DNA of 64,000 nucleotides, taken from contig JAUCBJ010001214.1 in assembly GCA_032718475.1 (NCBI GenBank), forward strand, positions 55,942 to 119,941, written 5' to 3'. Below, piece after piece: positions 38,761 to 51,727 of the stretch. A program made the position numbers and the translations under genes. Position 1 is the stretch's first letter. Each line of letters begins with the position of its first letter. The stretch is from Nemertoderma westbladi (Eukaryota; Animalia; Xenacoelomorpha). The notes under the pieces are model-generated. The model saw only the letters and a program-made list of their open reading frames with translations, had not been told where the DNA came from and searched no databases.

Positions 38761-39374
38761 AGATATTCAAAATTGGGGGATGTAAATTGGTGCTACAAAA
38801 AAATATATTTGGTGCTACATAAATTATTTTGGTGTCAAATCATCTAATTTGGAGTGGCATTCTATTAGTGATGATTATTATTAACCAGACAGTTATAAGA
38901 GGTTAACCGGGGGGCCTCTCAGGTCAATATCACATAAAAAAAATCAAAAAATCTGAGTGTTGAAGATACAAATATTATTATTATTGACAAAAACAAATGT
39001 TAATCAATTCCAATTGAGTTATATTTAAAGGCCACCAAAAATGAAATCTTTACCATAACAATGCATTAATGCGTGCCAATTTTTTTACGAAAATTAAATC
39101 ACTAAATACACAAAGAACGTTCAGGAGTTTAACAATAAAACATGAAATAAAATATTATTTCATTATTTAGAAAATTGAAATCTAAAAAATATTCGTCACC
39201 AAAATTGCTATCTTTTTTTGCTAACTTTACCTATTATAATTTAATTTGAATTTGTAAAACTATTCTTTACAAAAACGGTGGATGAGGTTTTATAAAAAAA
39301 TATAATATAGCTGATAGGAGTATTTATAGTATCTATCTATACATTGTATATTTACAAACGTTAATATATAAACA

Positions 39375-39815
39375 ACAAATGTAACAACTGCTTCCCCTAC
39401 AATGTACCCGGTGTCCCAGTACGATATCCCACGGTCCCACTACGATATCCCACGGTCCCACTACGAGGTCCAACCATCCCACTACAATGTCCCACCATCC
39501 CACTACGAGGTCCCACCATCCCACTACGAGGTCCCACCATCCCACTACGAGGTCCCACCATCCCACTACGATGTCCCACTATGATCTCCCACCGTCCCAC
39601 TACTTATGTAACAACTGTTTCATCTACGAGTCCCACTAGAATGTCCCACTACTTATGTAACAACTGTTACCTCTAAGATGTCCCACTGTCCCACTATAAA
39701 TGTCCCACTACAATGTCCCACTACTTATGTAACAACTGCTTCCTCTACGATGTCCCACTGTCCCACTTCGATGTCCCACTACAATGTCCCACTACTTATG
39801 TAACAACTGTTTCCT
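39375..39815. repeat. Tandem repeats derived from the CEP131 stop-codon region
   Basis: CCCACTACTTATGTAACAACTG recurs at ~39596, 39645, 39717 and 39788, with 21-bp CCCACTACGAGGTCCCACCAT units. Confidence 0.88.
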
Positions 39816-42800
39816 CTGCTGCTCTAACAACCCCTCCAGATGTTCGGCCCTTCTCGTTGCCGACTGGTACTGTTGACTCAGACTAGTTACCACCTCCTCC
39901 TTCTTCAGTATCGCCTGTTTGACCCGCTTGTGAACTTCCTCCATCTCCGACTCCTTCTCCCTCGCCAATCGATCAACCTCGACCCGATGTTTCGCTCGCG
40001 ATTCCGCCAACTCCGTTTTGGTTCGTCGGTTTTCTTCCTCCAGGACAACGAGGCGTTCGGAGAACTCCGATCGGATAACGTCGGCCATCCTGGAGGCAAT
40101 AAACTTCAGTCAGAAGTTTGGTCATGGAAATCACGTTCGGTTAGGGAGATAAGAATTCAATAAAGGGAAATAACGTTCGGTTGGGGAAATAAAGTTTAGT
40201 TTGCGATATATGGATCCAGTAAAGGGAAATAACGTTCGGTTAGGGAAATAAAGTTTAGTTTGCGATATATGGATCCAGTAAAGGGAAATAACGTTCGGTT
40301 AGGGAAATAAAGATTCGGTGATCTGGACTAAGGATTCAGTTAGGAAAATAAAGGCTGTGTGTACTCCCGCCCTCCCACCAACCCCCCCCCCCCCCCCCCC
40401 CACTAACACTAACTTGTCCCCCTCATTAACTCCCCGCCCTCCCACCAACACCAACCAGCCCGCCCCCCTCCCCACTAACACTAACCTGTCCCTCTCATTG
40501 GTCAGTTTATCCGTGGTCCTTTTGATCTCCAATAACTCGATTTCCTTCTGTTTAACCGCGGCCCTCAACCTAGTAACTTCCCCCTCCGACTCTATAAACC
40601 TCCCCTTCAACCCGTTGTAACGTTCCATCGTCTGGCGTTCCGACTGTTCCATCTCTCGAATCTCCGATTCGTATTTTTCTCGAATCCGACGAATTCGTCC
40701 ATCGCAATTCCGTTCGCATTCCTCCACCTGGTTGCCATGGTAATAAATTGTTATTTGACGAATTATAACTTTTTTATAATAGATATAAAGAAAATATTTT
40801 TCATAAAACATTACAAATTATTATACTGTTATTAGTTGTAAGTAAAATATACATAATCTCAACCGGATCCAAAAGGTTTTCTAGTAAGTATTCGAGATAT
40901 TTGAACAGTAAAGTTGAACAGGAGGAGTATGATATCCAAGGTAGATCGTATATATATAAATTACACCGAAATATTGAATAATATTATTTTGTATAACATA
41001 ATATTCTATATGTGTTCGTTTTAAAATGAAAAAAATATAGGCCCCCATCCCACAATTAAATCTTATAAAAAAAGAGCCTATGAAAAAATAATAAAGAGAA
41101 AAAAATAATATCAACAATTCAAAAATTCATAAATACAATAGATTGTATTATATTAAGTTTAAGTACAGCAAAACAAGTGAAAAACCTCACGCGATAGTTA
41201 CTTTATTATACTGTACATAATAAAAAAATACAAATTACAAGGACACAACACTAAAAAGCAATTATTTCATTTTGGAAACTCATTTCAGATATGTGAAAGC
41301 GTTAGACAGGGGAATGCTGGGACGAAAATTTTGCGGTGCACTGGTTTAGAGAAAACTTAACGACACAAGATGACATGAGCCCTGTATAGTCCCTTTAATG
41401 CATTGTTTACGAAATGAAAACTTCCCCGACCCCAAGTTGGCCTTCAACCTCTGGGCACGAACCTCTGGAGCCAGATGTTTAAATTTAAGGTAACGGATTG
41501 AACATCAACACCAAAGCGTGACAAAAGTAAAATAGTAAAAGATAAACTGAGAGTAAACTTCTTATGTTCTACGGGGTTTTGGGGGTCGTGTAACAGCCAA
41601 CCTGTTTGTTGTAGTCCTCCTCCAACCTTCCTATAACTGTATCAATCTCCCTGTCTCTATCCAACTTCACTTTATCCTTTAGTTCCCTCTCCTTTAACGA
41701 TAACGAAGTCTCCTGTTCTTTAATGTAGTTTTCGCACCAGGATCTCCTTTCCGTTTCGTACTTCACTCGAAGTTGGCTGATTTCCTCATTGTGCCGTAGA
41801 GAATCGTTCTCTTTCTGTCGGTCGTACTCCAACCGCATCTGATCTAAAACCTAAACGCAACGAAATTGGCCGTGAAAATTAAATTTCATTATAGCGGCGG
41901 CATGGCTTCTCTACTTTAGAATGTCTACCACTGTGGGGAGGGGTACTTATAACATTTCGCTCTTCTTAAAATAACACTTTATGCTAACTCGCTTCCCAGT
42001 TCACTAACCTTCTCATTGGCCGCCTCCGCTCGCCTCCCAGTTCACTAACCTTATGATTGGCCGCCTCCGCTCGCCTCCCAGTTCACTAACCTCTGATTGG
42101 CCGCCTCCGCTCGCCTCCCAGTTCACTAACCTTCTGATTGGCCTCCTCCGCTCGCGTCCCAGTTCACTAACCTTCTGATTGGCCGCCTCCGCTCGCCTCC
42201 CAGTTCACTAACATTCTGATTGAACTCCTCCGCTCGCCTCCCAGTTCACTAACCTCTGATTGGCCGCCTCCGCTCGCCTCCCAGTTCACTAACCTTCTGA
42301 TTGGCCTCCTCCGCTCGCGTCCCAGTTCACTAACCTTCTGATTGGCCTCCTCCGTTTGCCTCCAAGTGCACTAACCTTCTGATTGGCCTCCTCCGCTCGC
42401 CTCCCAGTTCACTAACCTTCTGATTGGTCTCCTCCGCTCGCCTCCCATTTCACTTCTCATTGGCCTCCCCCGTTCGCCTCCCAGTACACTATCCTTCTGA
42501 TTGGCCTCCCCCGCTCGCCTCCCAGTTTACTAACCTTCTGATTGAACTCCTCCGCTCGCCTCCCAGTTCACTAACCTTCTGATTGGCTTCCTCCGCTCGC
42601 CTCCCAGTTTACTAACTTTCTGATTGGCCTCCTCCGTTTGCCTCCAAGTGCACTAACCTTCTGATTGGCCTCCTCCGCTCGCCTCCCAGTTCACTAACCT
42701 TCTGATTGAACACTTCCGCTCGCCTCCCAGTTCACTAACCTTCTGATTGGCCTCCTCCGCTCGCCTCCCAGTTCACTTCTCATTGGCCTCCTCCGCTCAC

Positions 42801-45800
42801 CTCCCAGTTCACTTCTCATTGGCCTCCTCCGCTCGCCTCCCAGTTCACTAACCTCTGATTGGCCGCCTCCGCTCGCCTCCCAGTTCACTAACCTTCTGAT
42901 TGGCCTCCTCCGCTCGCGTCCCAGTTCACTAACCTTCTGATTGGCCTCCTCCGTTTGCCTCCAAGTGCACTAACCTTCTGATTGGCCTCCTCCGCTCGCC
43001 TCCCAGTTCACTAACCTTCTGATTGGTCTCCTCCGCTCGCCTCCCATTTCACTTCTCATTGGCCTCCCCCGTTCGCCTCCCAGTACACTATCCTTCTGAT
43101 TGGCCTCCCCCGCTCGCCTCCCAGTTCACTAACCTTCTGATTGAACTCCTCCGCTCGCCTCCCAGTTCACTAACCTTCTGATTGGCTTCCTCCGCTCGCC
43201 TCCCAGTTTACTAACCTTCTGATTGGCCTCCTCCGCTCGCCTCCCAGTTCACTAACCTTCTGATTGAACACTTCCGCTCGCCTCCCAGTTCACTAACCTT
43301 CTGATTGGCCTCCTCCGCTCGCCTCCCAGTTCACTTCTCATTGGCCTCCTCCGCTCACCTCCCAGTTCACTTCTCATTGGCCTCCTCCGCTCGCCTCCCA
43401 GTACACTAAACTTCTGATTGGCCTCCTCCGCTCGCCTCCCAGTTCACTAACCTTCTGATTGGCCTCCTCCGCACGCCTCCCAGTTCACTAACCTTCTGAT
43501 TGGATTCCTCCGCTCGCCTCCCAGTTCACTAACATTCTGATTGAACTCCTCCGCTCGCCTCCCAGTTCACTAACCTTCTGATTGGCCTCCTCCGCTCGCC
43601 TCCCAGTTCACTAACGTTCTGATTGGCCTCCTCCGCACGCCTCCCAGTTCACTAACCTTCTGATTGAACTCCTCCGCTCGCCTCTCAGTTCACTAACCTT
43701 CTGATTGGTCTCCTCCGCTCGCCTCCCATTTCACTTCTCATTGGCCTCCCCCGTTCGCCTCCCAGTACACTATCCTTCTGATTGGCCTCCCCCGCTCGCC
43801 TCCCAGTTCACTAACCTTCTCATTGGCCTCCTCCGCACGCCTCCCAGTTCACTAACCTTCTGATTGGACTCCTCCGCTCGCCTCCCAGTTCACTAACCTT
43901 CTGAGTGGCCTCCTCCGCTCGCCTCTTAGTTCACTAACCTTCTGATTGGCATCCTCCGCTCGCCTCCCAGTTCACTAACCTTGTGATTGGCCTCCTCCGC
44001 TCGCCTCCCAGTTCACTAACCTTCTGATTGGCCTCCTCCACTCGCCTGCCGCTTCACTAACCTTCTCATTGGACTCCTCCGCTCGCCTCCCAGTTCACTA
44101 ACCTTCTCATTGGCCTCCTCCGCTCGCCTCCCAGTTCACTAACCTTCTCATTGGCCTCCTCCGCTCGCCTCCCAGTTCACTGACCTTCTCATTGGCCTCC
44201 TCCGGTCGCCTCCCAGTTCACTAACTTTCTCATTGGACTCCTCCACTCGCCTCCCAGTTCACCAACCTTCTCATTGGCCTCCTCCGCTCGCCTCCCAGTT
44301 CACTAACCTTCTCATTGGCCTCCTCCGCTCGCCTCCCAGTTCACTGACCTTCTCATTGGCCTCCTCCGGTCGCCTCCCAGTTCACTAACCTTCTCATTGG
44401 CCTCCTCCGCTCGCCTCCCAGTTTACTAACTTTCTGATTGGCCTCCTCCGCTGGCCTCCTCCGCTAGCCTCCCAGTTCACTAACCTTCTGATTGGCCTCC
44501 TCCGCTTGCCTCTGCTGCCTATCCAACTCACTCCGTTGTCTCGTCCCGAGCTCAGACAACCTCGCTTTCTCCTCCTGCACCTCAGCATACAACCTCCTCC
44601 GTTGCTGCTGGAACCCAGCTTCCTCCTGCTCCAACTGCTTCTCATATCGTTGTCTCACTAACTCCCTCTCCTTACCACAAGCGTTCTCCATCTCTTTAGC
44701 GAGTTGCTCTTTCAGCTCTTCAACCTGTTTGATATACTTGGACCCAGCAGTTTCCTCAGCGTGTAGCAGTTCTGCTTCGTGTATCGCTTTCAGTTTCTTC
44801 ACTTCCTGTTTATGTTGCGCTATCATCTTCTGTATCTCTGGCTCCAGACCTTTAACCGTTATCTCTTTTATCCTTTTCGTTTTCTCGTCGATCCACTTCT
44901 CTCGCCTTAGTTTTTCTGCGGCCGCCTGAACTTCTTTCAGTTTTGCGACTTCGCTTTCGTGAGTTTCTGTCATCTGCTTAATTTTCGCGGAATATTTATG
45001 GTCAACCTGAAACAATAAATGTGTTAGAAACATGAAAAGGAACTTATTTTATAAACTGTAAAATAAAAAAAAGCATTGGCTGAACTGGATAATTGAAAAT
45101 TGAACTGAACCAATTATAGTCTGCTCAAACAACTTTATAATAAAAAGTAAAATTATAAGTGAAAATGTAAAAATAAAGTTTTATTTTTTTATTTTTTACC
45201 ACAAACTTTTCACTTTATCAACTGTTGGCCTTTCGTTCCTTCTGAATAAACAGTTTTGGTTTTCCCTAAACACCTCAAATGGGATTCGAACTAGAGACTT
45301 CCTTGTCGAAAACTTCTTCTTGATATTACGATTAGCATATTGCTGCCTTACTTTGTAAATTAATAACGAATGAAAACCCTTACAATAGTAGATGGTGGAA
45401 ATAATTTAAATATCATCCATTTGCATTGTACCGTATTTACTCGAATAAAAGCCTGGGCGTTTAAGTTTATAAATTGCCAATTGGGGAGGCGTTTATTCGA
45501 GGGGGGCGTTTATTCGGGGAGGCGTTTAAGTTCCAAATTGTGTGGTTCTAGTGGGGGAGTTTATGTTCTAGATTTTCAGCATTTTGAATCTAAATACCCA
45601 AATAAAGAATGTTGTTAAATTCAAGAAAACAAGTTAAACAAATGAAATAATTCAAATAAAACCAGGATCATCCTTTATTACAATGCAGCCTATTACAGCG
45701 GTACAATACCCTAACTACATTTACCTTCAGTCTTAACAATCAGTTAACATTCACATTGTAATATTATCAAACGACGGGGCGTTTATTCGGAGATGGCGTT

Positions 45801-48800
45801 TAAGTTGCTAATTTGATGGTATTTGATGGGGGGGGGGGGGGGGGGGGGGGGCTCTTACTCGGGTAAACACGTTATGTTATTATTGTGGACTTCAAGAAAT
45901 CATTCGACTCGATCCATAGACGTAAATGCTTTATGGAATACCAGAAGTAATTCTCGTTGGCATTGGATTGTTATATTATGACACAGAAGCTCAGGTACTC
46001 TCAACGGATGGTGAAACTGAGTTCTTCTCAATCCTGGCTGGCGTACTGCTTTCTAATAATACGCTAGCAGATCCACAGCTTCCTGATGTAGATGCTTGGT
46101 TTTAAAAAAACCAACACATCATTTTTTTAGTGCACCGAGTATATATATATTCAATTATCATTACATTTATATATTTAAACATTTAGACGCAGTACTCGTA
46201 CAATTTATTTGCATCGCTTCGCTCGTACTGTTTCCCTAGGGCGCTACTTGATTTAAGTGGTTATAAATTGTATTTCATCCGGACAATAAATGTTTCTCTG
46301 CGGGACACTACTGTACACCATGTCCTGGAATATAGTGTCGTTATTCTGGTACATGAAACATGTACCCCTTGTTATACTAATCATTTCAAGTGTTTGAAAA
46401 AAGTGCCTCCAGCGATATTGCACTAGTCGTACTGCAGTTATTCTTCAATGTAAAATAAAAATAATTGAATTTGGATGGGAAATAGCTGAGATAGGGGCAT
46501 TCGAAAGTTGCATGTATTTTCTTCCGCTACAGACCATTTATTCTATTTAATATATACACAATGTTCTAGAACATTTTGGTTATGTATAAAAATATCCACG
46601 TACGCGTACTAGTATTATTATATAGGCATTGCACTGTTGCCAAGCTACAACTTAGGATATGGCTACTGACCGGACCCTCTAAATACCGTATTGAAGCTTT
46701 ATATTTGATTGATATTTTACTTGTGTATTATTGACCGGACCCTTATTACCTCAACTTTGTGACCGGACCCATTTTGTAACATGTGTTAAGTTTCGTTTAT
46801 TGTTTTGGTTCCCCCAACATCAACCCCAACCCCCAGAATCTCATTAAGATTTGTAGAAAAAATTGGGGGGGGGGGGGGGGGGGGGGGTCAAGGTATCTGA
46901 ATAACGACACTATATTCCCATGTCATGGTGTAATAGTATGAACTGTTAACAAAGTATTGGTGATTTGGGAAATTATGGACTTAGGATTTGAGTATCTAAG
47001 GTTTACCTGTTTGAGTTGCCCAACAATTTCTTCGCATTTTGAACTCAGAATCTTCTTATCCTCGAGTAGCTGATCTATAAAGTTCACTTTGAGTTGAACT
47101 TTAGCGTCGTAATCGGCTTGCATTCCCTTCAGTCTCTTCCGCATCTCCTGGTAAACAGGTTTATTTATGTGACAATTATTTACATCCTTGTATAGTTGTG
47201 TAAAGTAGCACCTTACTTTACTTTACAGCGTGCTAATGTAACATGTACCATTACGACGAAACGCTTCCGGATAAAAAAATAGAATATTAAACTTGTATTG
47301 TAAAAAAAGTAACATTGATTGAGTGTAATAAAACTAGTATGGTAACAGTCTCATCATTTATAAACTTGAGTTAAATATTTTTCTACTTAAATCGCCGCTA
47401 TAGTAAATAAGATAAGAATCCGCTATGCAAAATGAATAAACCCAGAAGTCTGTGTTTAATACTCGGATGGTCTGAGCATGTTTAAACACCATAAGCACGG
47501 CACATTCACAATCTGTACTTAGAAGAATTCCCTAATAGTAATAATTAATCTATCAAATCATATGGGTGATGAGGCGTCGATCTTAATATAAGTTGAACCT
47601 TGGAATACGGTATGTATTTAGTGAGACCACATGCTGCGTCTTTGTGAGGAATGTGATCGGTCTGCAGTTATCCAGTCTATCGCTAGAGGGCGAAAACCCC
47701 GAAAGTGTAAACTTCTCCAATATCTTTGTTTAACGTAAACTTAACGCATCCTCATTGATATTTTGTGAAAAGACGATTTTCGTATATCAACTGGAGTTAA
47801 GTACACTTGTTATATACGCTCCCGTGCTGCGCGAAGGCCTAAAAAGTGAATCTATGTAAACAAAGATAATGAAATATCGTATGCGATATGTAGAACTCGG
47901 AAGTATTAAAAACCGGATGTAACATCAGGGTAGGAAACCATTGCTGATGAAAATAGAAAATGTATAACTTTTGTTGTGCAACCTTAGGTGCAACCTTAGG
48001 TGCAACATTTTAGATTCTGAATTGGTCGGACATCGAAGTAGAAAGTTACATTTAGCAGGACCGATAAAGTCGGCTGGTTGGTGTTAGCTAATACTTTAAA
48101 TATATTAATAATAACTTATATAACCAGTATTTTTTGAGAAGTGAACCGAAACGCGACAATCTTAGAGCAAATACCAAGTTACAGGTTCAGTTGCATTGTA
48201 AGGAAATCGAATAGTGATGTAAAGTCTACAATACCTCGCTACTCCTAGTTAATGTCCATCTGTATGTGATATTGTGACATCAAAAGTTATAAAAAATCCA
48301 ACATTGGTGTGCATAATTTACAATATTGATATTACCCCTAAAGCTTTGCAGCTTATTTTCAAGGGGGTCCTTTATGTTACTTGGTTACGAATACATACAA
48401 TATTACTCAATAATCACTAAACTAACATAAAACAAATATAAAACGATAATTCATTATAATCATAATGTAGAACTTTAGCGAGAGCGTGACAATACTTTAG
48501 TACTATTTTAGTCCTTGTAAAATTATTTAAAAATTAAAATATTAACTATTAATCATATTAAATACAATTATACTCAGACGTGTGAAAAAATATGAAAAAT
48601 AAATATAAAATAATAAAATAAAAAAACATAAAAATTCATTTTTTAAAAATATTATTAAAGTAAAAAATATAAAGATGAAAAATTATAAAGTTAAAGTAGA
48701 AAGTTAATTATTACCTACCTTATCCTGATCCTTGGCGTGGACCATCGTCAACTCTCTCTGCTGATTCAACGACTTCTGCAGTAGATCCACGCTGCGTCGC

Positions 48801-51171
48801 TTCTCTTCCAGTTCGGCGCGAAGCTTTATAACCAGAGTGGTCAGCTCGTCAGCGGTCTGGGAGGCTAGAGCGAGAGTCTCCTCGCTGGAAGGGAGTACTG
48901 GGGCAGAACCGTCTGGCGGAACCAGCCCTACAGAACCATCCCTGGCGCTAAGATGCTCTAACTCTTCCTTGTCGAGATCGTCTAAGAAGTTCATGATGTT
49001 TCGAAGTTTCTTTTCCGTTTCATCTCTAGTCGAATCAACCTGTTTAGAACTACCATCTGTTTCACTCGCCGATGATTTGTTGGGTTTATTTTCCTTCCGA
49101 ACCACTTCGCTTCTACTAACAACACTCAACGATTGGAACCACTTGGACATGTCATCCGCCTCTTGACGTTTCTTCTCTAGTGTTTCCTCGAGGTCGTCTA
49201 TCCATCCAACTGCTTTCTTTCGCGACTCTTCCACATCTACGTGTTGTACCGCCGGCGGCTCTTCCAACAACTTAATTGTGTCTAACAGATCGTCTATAGT
49301 GGTTTTGGATTGTTTCTCAACGGGTGAGTCTATCGTTTTAGGTGTGTCGCTTTGAGGTTGATCATTTACGATATTCGTGGGTTTATTAAGAGGAGAATCC
49401 TTCTGTTTATTGGGTTTATTACGGTTTATTTGGGAGGTTTTACTTGATGCCGAGACTAAATTGCCGTCTTTATTTAAGAAGTGCATGTTCCTCGCATTTG
49501 GATGGAAATGAGGATTAACTGCTGTTTTGTTGTCGTCAGCGGTAAAAGTTACTCCGTCTTGGGTTCACAGAGTTTCACAAACATTGGGGCGAGTCTGAAT
49601 TGTGAGCCATGAGCGAACGGTTAAAATAATTATACTAAGGTCAAACACCTTGACCGTCACACTAGGATGCATTTTCGGTCGTTTCCACCGTTAAAAGGTA
49701 AATCCTCAAATTAATTTGCATTATAAAGATCACACTGTCATTCAGCAGATGTTAGAGGAATATCAAAGGCTGACAATCAAGTTCGTCTCGCCTGCTGGCT
49801 GCCGTAGAATTAGATCATGCTCAGGCTGAACAGTTCTCGAAATTGTAAAATGCCTCATTAGTTAATATCATAAACCCTGTGCAGCACGCGCTGTGCATAA
49901 ACCGGGCCGTTAATAACCCTAGTATAATGATAACTATTCGCTGATACCGTTCTTCTGCACGAAGGCATGTTATTTTTCTTATATATTTATTTTGCAATTT
50001 GTTATGCGTATAAAGGACATCCAACTATCGACAGCTTAAGTTAAAGCGTATTTTAACGGGATATTTTCAACAAATTTATTATACATCATATTTAAAATGA
50101 AATTACAAATGAAATTTTAAAAATATTAAATAATATATATATATATAGGCCTACGTATTTGAAACTTGTCAAAAACTGGAACCCAAGACGCAGTAATTAA
50201 TACCCACCTATTGAGGGATTGTAATAATTTGGTTGGGGGGAATTAGTGTCGTTATCATTGGAAGGTTTTATTAGCGGAGTTCCTGAAGTTGTTGGTGGCG
50301 ATTTCTCACCATTTCTCACTAATTTTTCCACAGCGCGAGTACGACTTGCCGATGGTAACTTCTTAATTCCTTCCACCGATTGCCCAACCTGCCATTGAAC
50401 CCGATGACGTTCTCTCGCTAGCTCCAACTGTTTCGCTTGTCTTTTAGCGATCAACATCTTAATAACCTTCTCATGTTGCCGCTCTAAACATCTTCTGTAC
50501 CAGGATTGTATCTTAGAAGCAGCTCGATTGCACACAATCACATAATGTCTAGCGTCGTCTGTATCTATAGGAGTTCTAGGTATCTGTTGGTGATTATTTA
50601 CTGACTGGATTCCCAATTTCTTGCGATTATTAGATGGTAAAGTTTGTTTAGCTCGCGGGTTGAGAGTTTTACCGAGTTGTAACTTAGAGACTTTATGAGA
50701 ATGAGGTAAATGTCTTCTAGATGCGCTATTAATAGTACTATTACTTCTACTAGAAAGTATCTGCCAAGCTTTCCCTTGAAGAGTTATATCGCTGGAATCA
50801 CCCTTTCCAATGTCACCATTAGGTCTTTCAACAGATGCTTTATATTCGTCGCTACTGGCAACATCAATAAAAAATGATTCAACCTCATTGATATTGTCAG
50901 TGACTTGTTGAGCCTCACTGTTTGACGCAGTTCGGTGTCTGGAATGTCCCTCAGACTTTCTGTTATATGAGGCGCTCCCCTGTATTAGTAATGTGGGGGA
51001 GTCCAGTGAGTCATGATGGTTCATGTTGTAGGATCTGTTGGAAGTCGCTGAAGATGGTCTATTATAGTTGGAACGTACTGAAGATGGTTTAGTGTGATTG
51101 GCAGGAGATCCGAAATGGCTGCCGGTGAGATGCAAGTTGGAGTTACCGAAATTACTATCCTTTGTATTCAT
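39792..51171 (-). CDS. CEP131: Centrosomal/centriolar satellite protein CEP131 (AZI1), 7 coding exons, ~1072 aa
   Basis: Exons 51171-50208, 49521-48719, 47147-47007, 45006-44485, 41850-41602, 40727-40486, 40089-39792; all GT-AG and phase-compatible, total 3219 nt. IQ-like AASKIQSWYRR. Characteristic FIDQLLEDKKILSSKCE, EKLRREKWIDEKTKRIKEITVKGLEPEIQKMIAQHK, ADVIRSEFSERL, EMEEVHKRVKQAILKKEE, RAEHLEGLLEQQRKQLL. The exon-2 acceptor could be a few codons off. Confidence 0.9.
41987..44507. repeat. 41-bp tandem array (~60 units) copying the CEP131 exon-4/intron-4 junction
   Basis: Minus-strand unit GAGCGGAGGAGGCCAATCAGAAG|GTTAGTGAACTGGGAGGC equals the last codons (AEEANQK) plus the splice donor at 44485/44484. 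Confidence 0.95.
45431..45872. mobile_element. Tc1/pogo-like MITE in CEP131 intron 3
   Basis: TA|CCGTATTTACTCGAATAA ... TTACTCGGGTAAACACGT|TA, with internal GGCGTTTATTCG repeats. Confidence 0.6.
45876..46050 (+). mobile_element. Degenerate RTE-like LINE RT fragment
   Basis: Reads VDFKKSFDSIHR / YGIPE / DTEAQVLSTDGETEFFSILAGVL across frames. Confidence 0.65.
46316..46930. mobile_element. TA-flanked TIR element related to the 59010-59919 foldback
   Basis: TA|CACCATG..GAATATAGTGTCGTTATTC and GAATAACGACACTATATTC..CATGGTG|TA; shares AAGATTTGTAGAAAAA-polyG and ATTCTATTTAAT..TTCTAGAACAT with 59010-59919. Confidence 0.7.
49552..50193. mobile_element. TA-flanked MITE filling most of CEP131 intron 1
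   Basis: TA|CTCCGTCTTGGGTTC ... GAACCCAAGACGCAG|TA (14/15 inverted match). Confidence 0.65.
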
Positions 51172-51727
51172 TATTAAATTTGCTTAGGTCTATATTATTA
51201 TGATCATAATTCTGAACTGCAAACTTTCAAAATAAAAACTGTAATTTAGGCCTAACTGACGGTAAATGGTAACCATAAATGGTAAATGCAGAAATGGTAA
51301 ATGCCGTAGGCCTACCCTCCCTTCATCCACTCACCAAGGTCAGAACGTCCAGCATTTCCATTCAAACAAAAACAATAAATAAATATAGATACCTACCGGT
51401 AGGCTTTCCGGTATGGACTGGACACACAATTAGCTACCGCCTACCGGTCTGCCGGCAGCCGGTAGCTAAGTAGGCATTATAGTATATTAGTAACTATTAT
51501 AGTTGTATTATTATTATACTATTATACTAGTTCTATTTTCTATTATAGTAACAATTAACTTTAGTAGTGAACTGCACTGCGCAGCACAGTACGGTACTTG
51601 TTTTGTTCCACCTGTACATGTACAACTGTACAAGTAGAATTAAGAATCTGCCTACCGTACAGGAACAGCTGCAAATCGAACCACTTACTGACAACTGTTT
51701 AAGCAGCACTTTATGTTTGTATATTCA

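Larger units (their letters stand above)
36716..38876. mobile_element. Foldback-type element with inverted subterminal minisatellites
   Basis: The left arm repeats CCCAAAATAA(A)T.. (36720-37145) and the right arm repeats GAATAATTGTTTTTGGGGGAT (37790-38830) in opposite orientation. Termini AAGTCACACCAAAATTGATG and CATCTAATTTGGAGTGGCATT are roughly complementary. Confidence 0.5.

Noticed and set aside
38009-39600. ORFs such as PQKQLFI / WGMNNCF / VGWWDLV repeats
   Set aside because: Translations of 21-bp minisatellites.
40731-40744. X-box-like GTTGCCATGGTAAT beside the CEP131 exon-6 acceptor
   Set aside because: Imperfect match deep inside the gene; could be chance.
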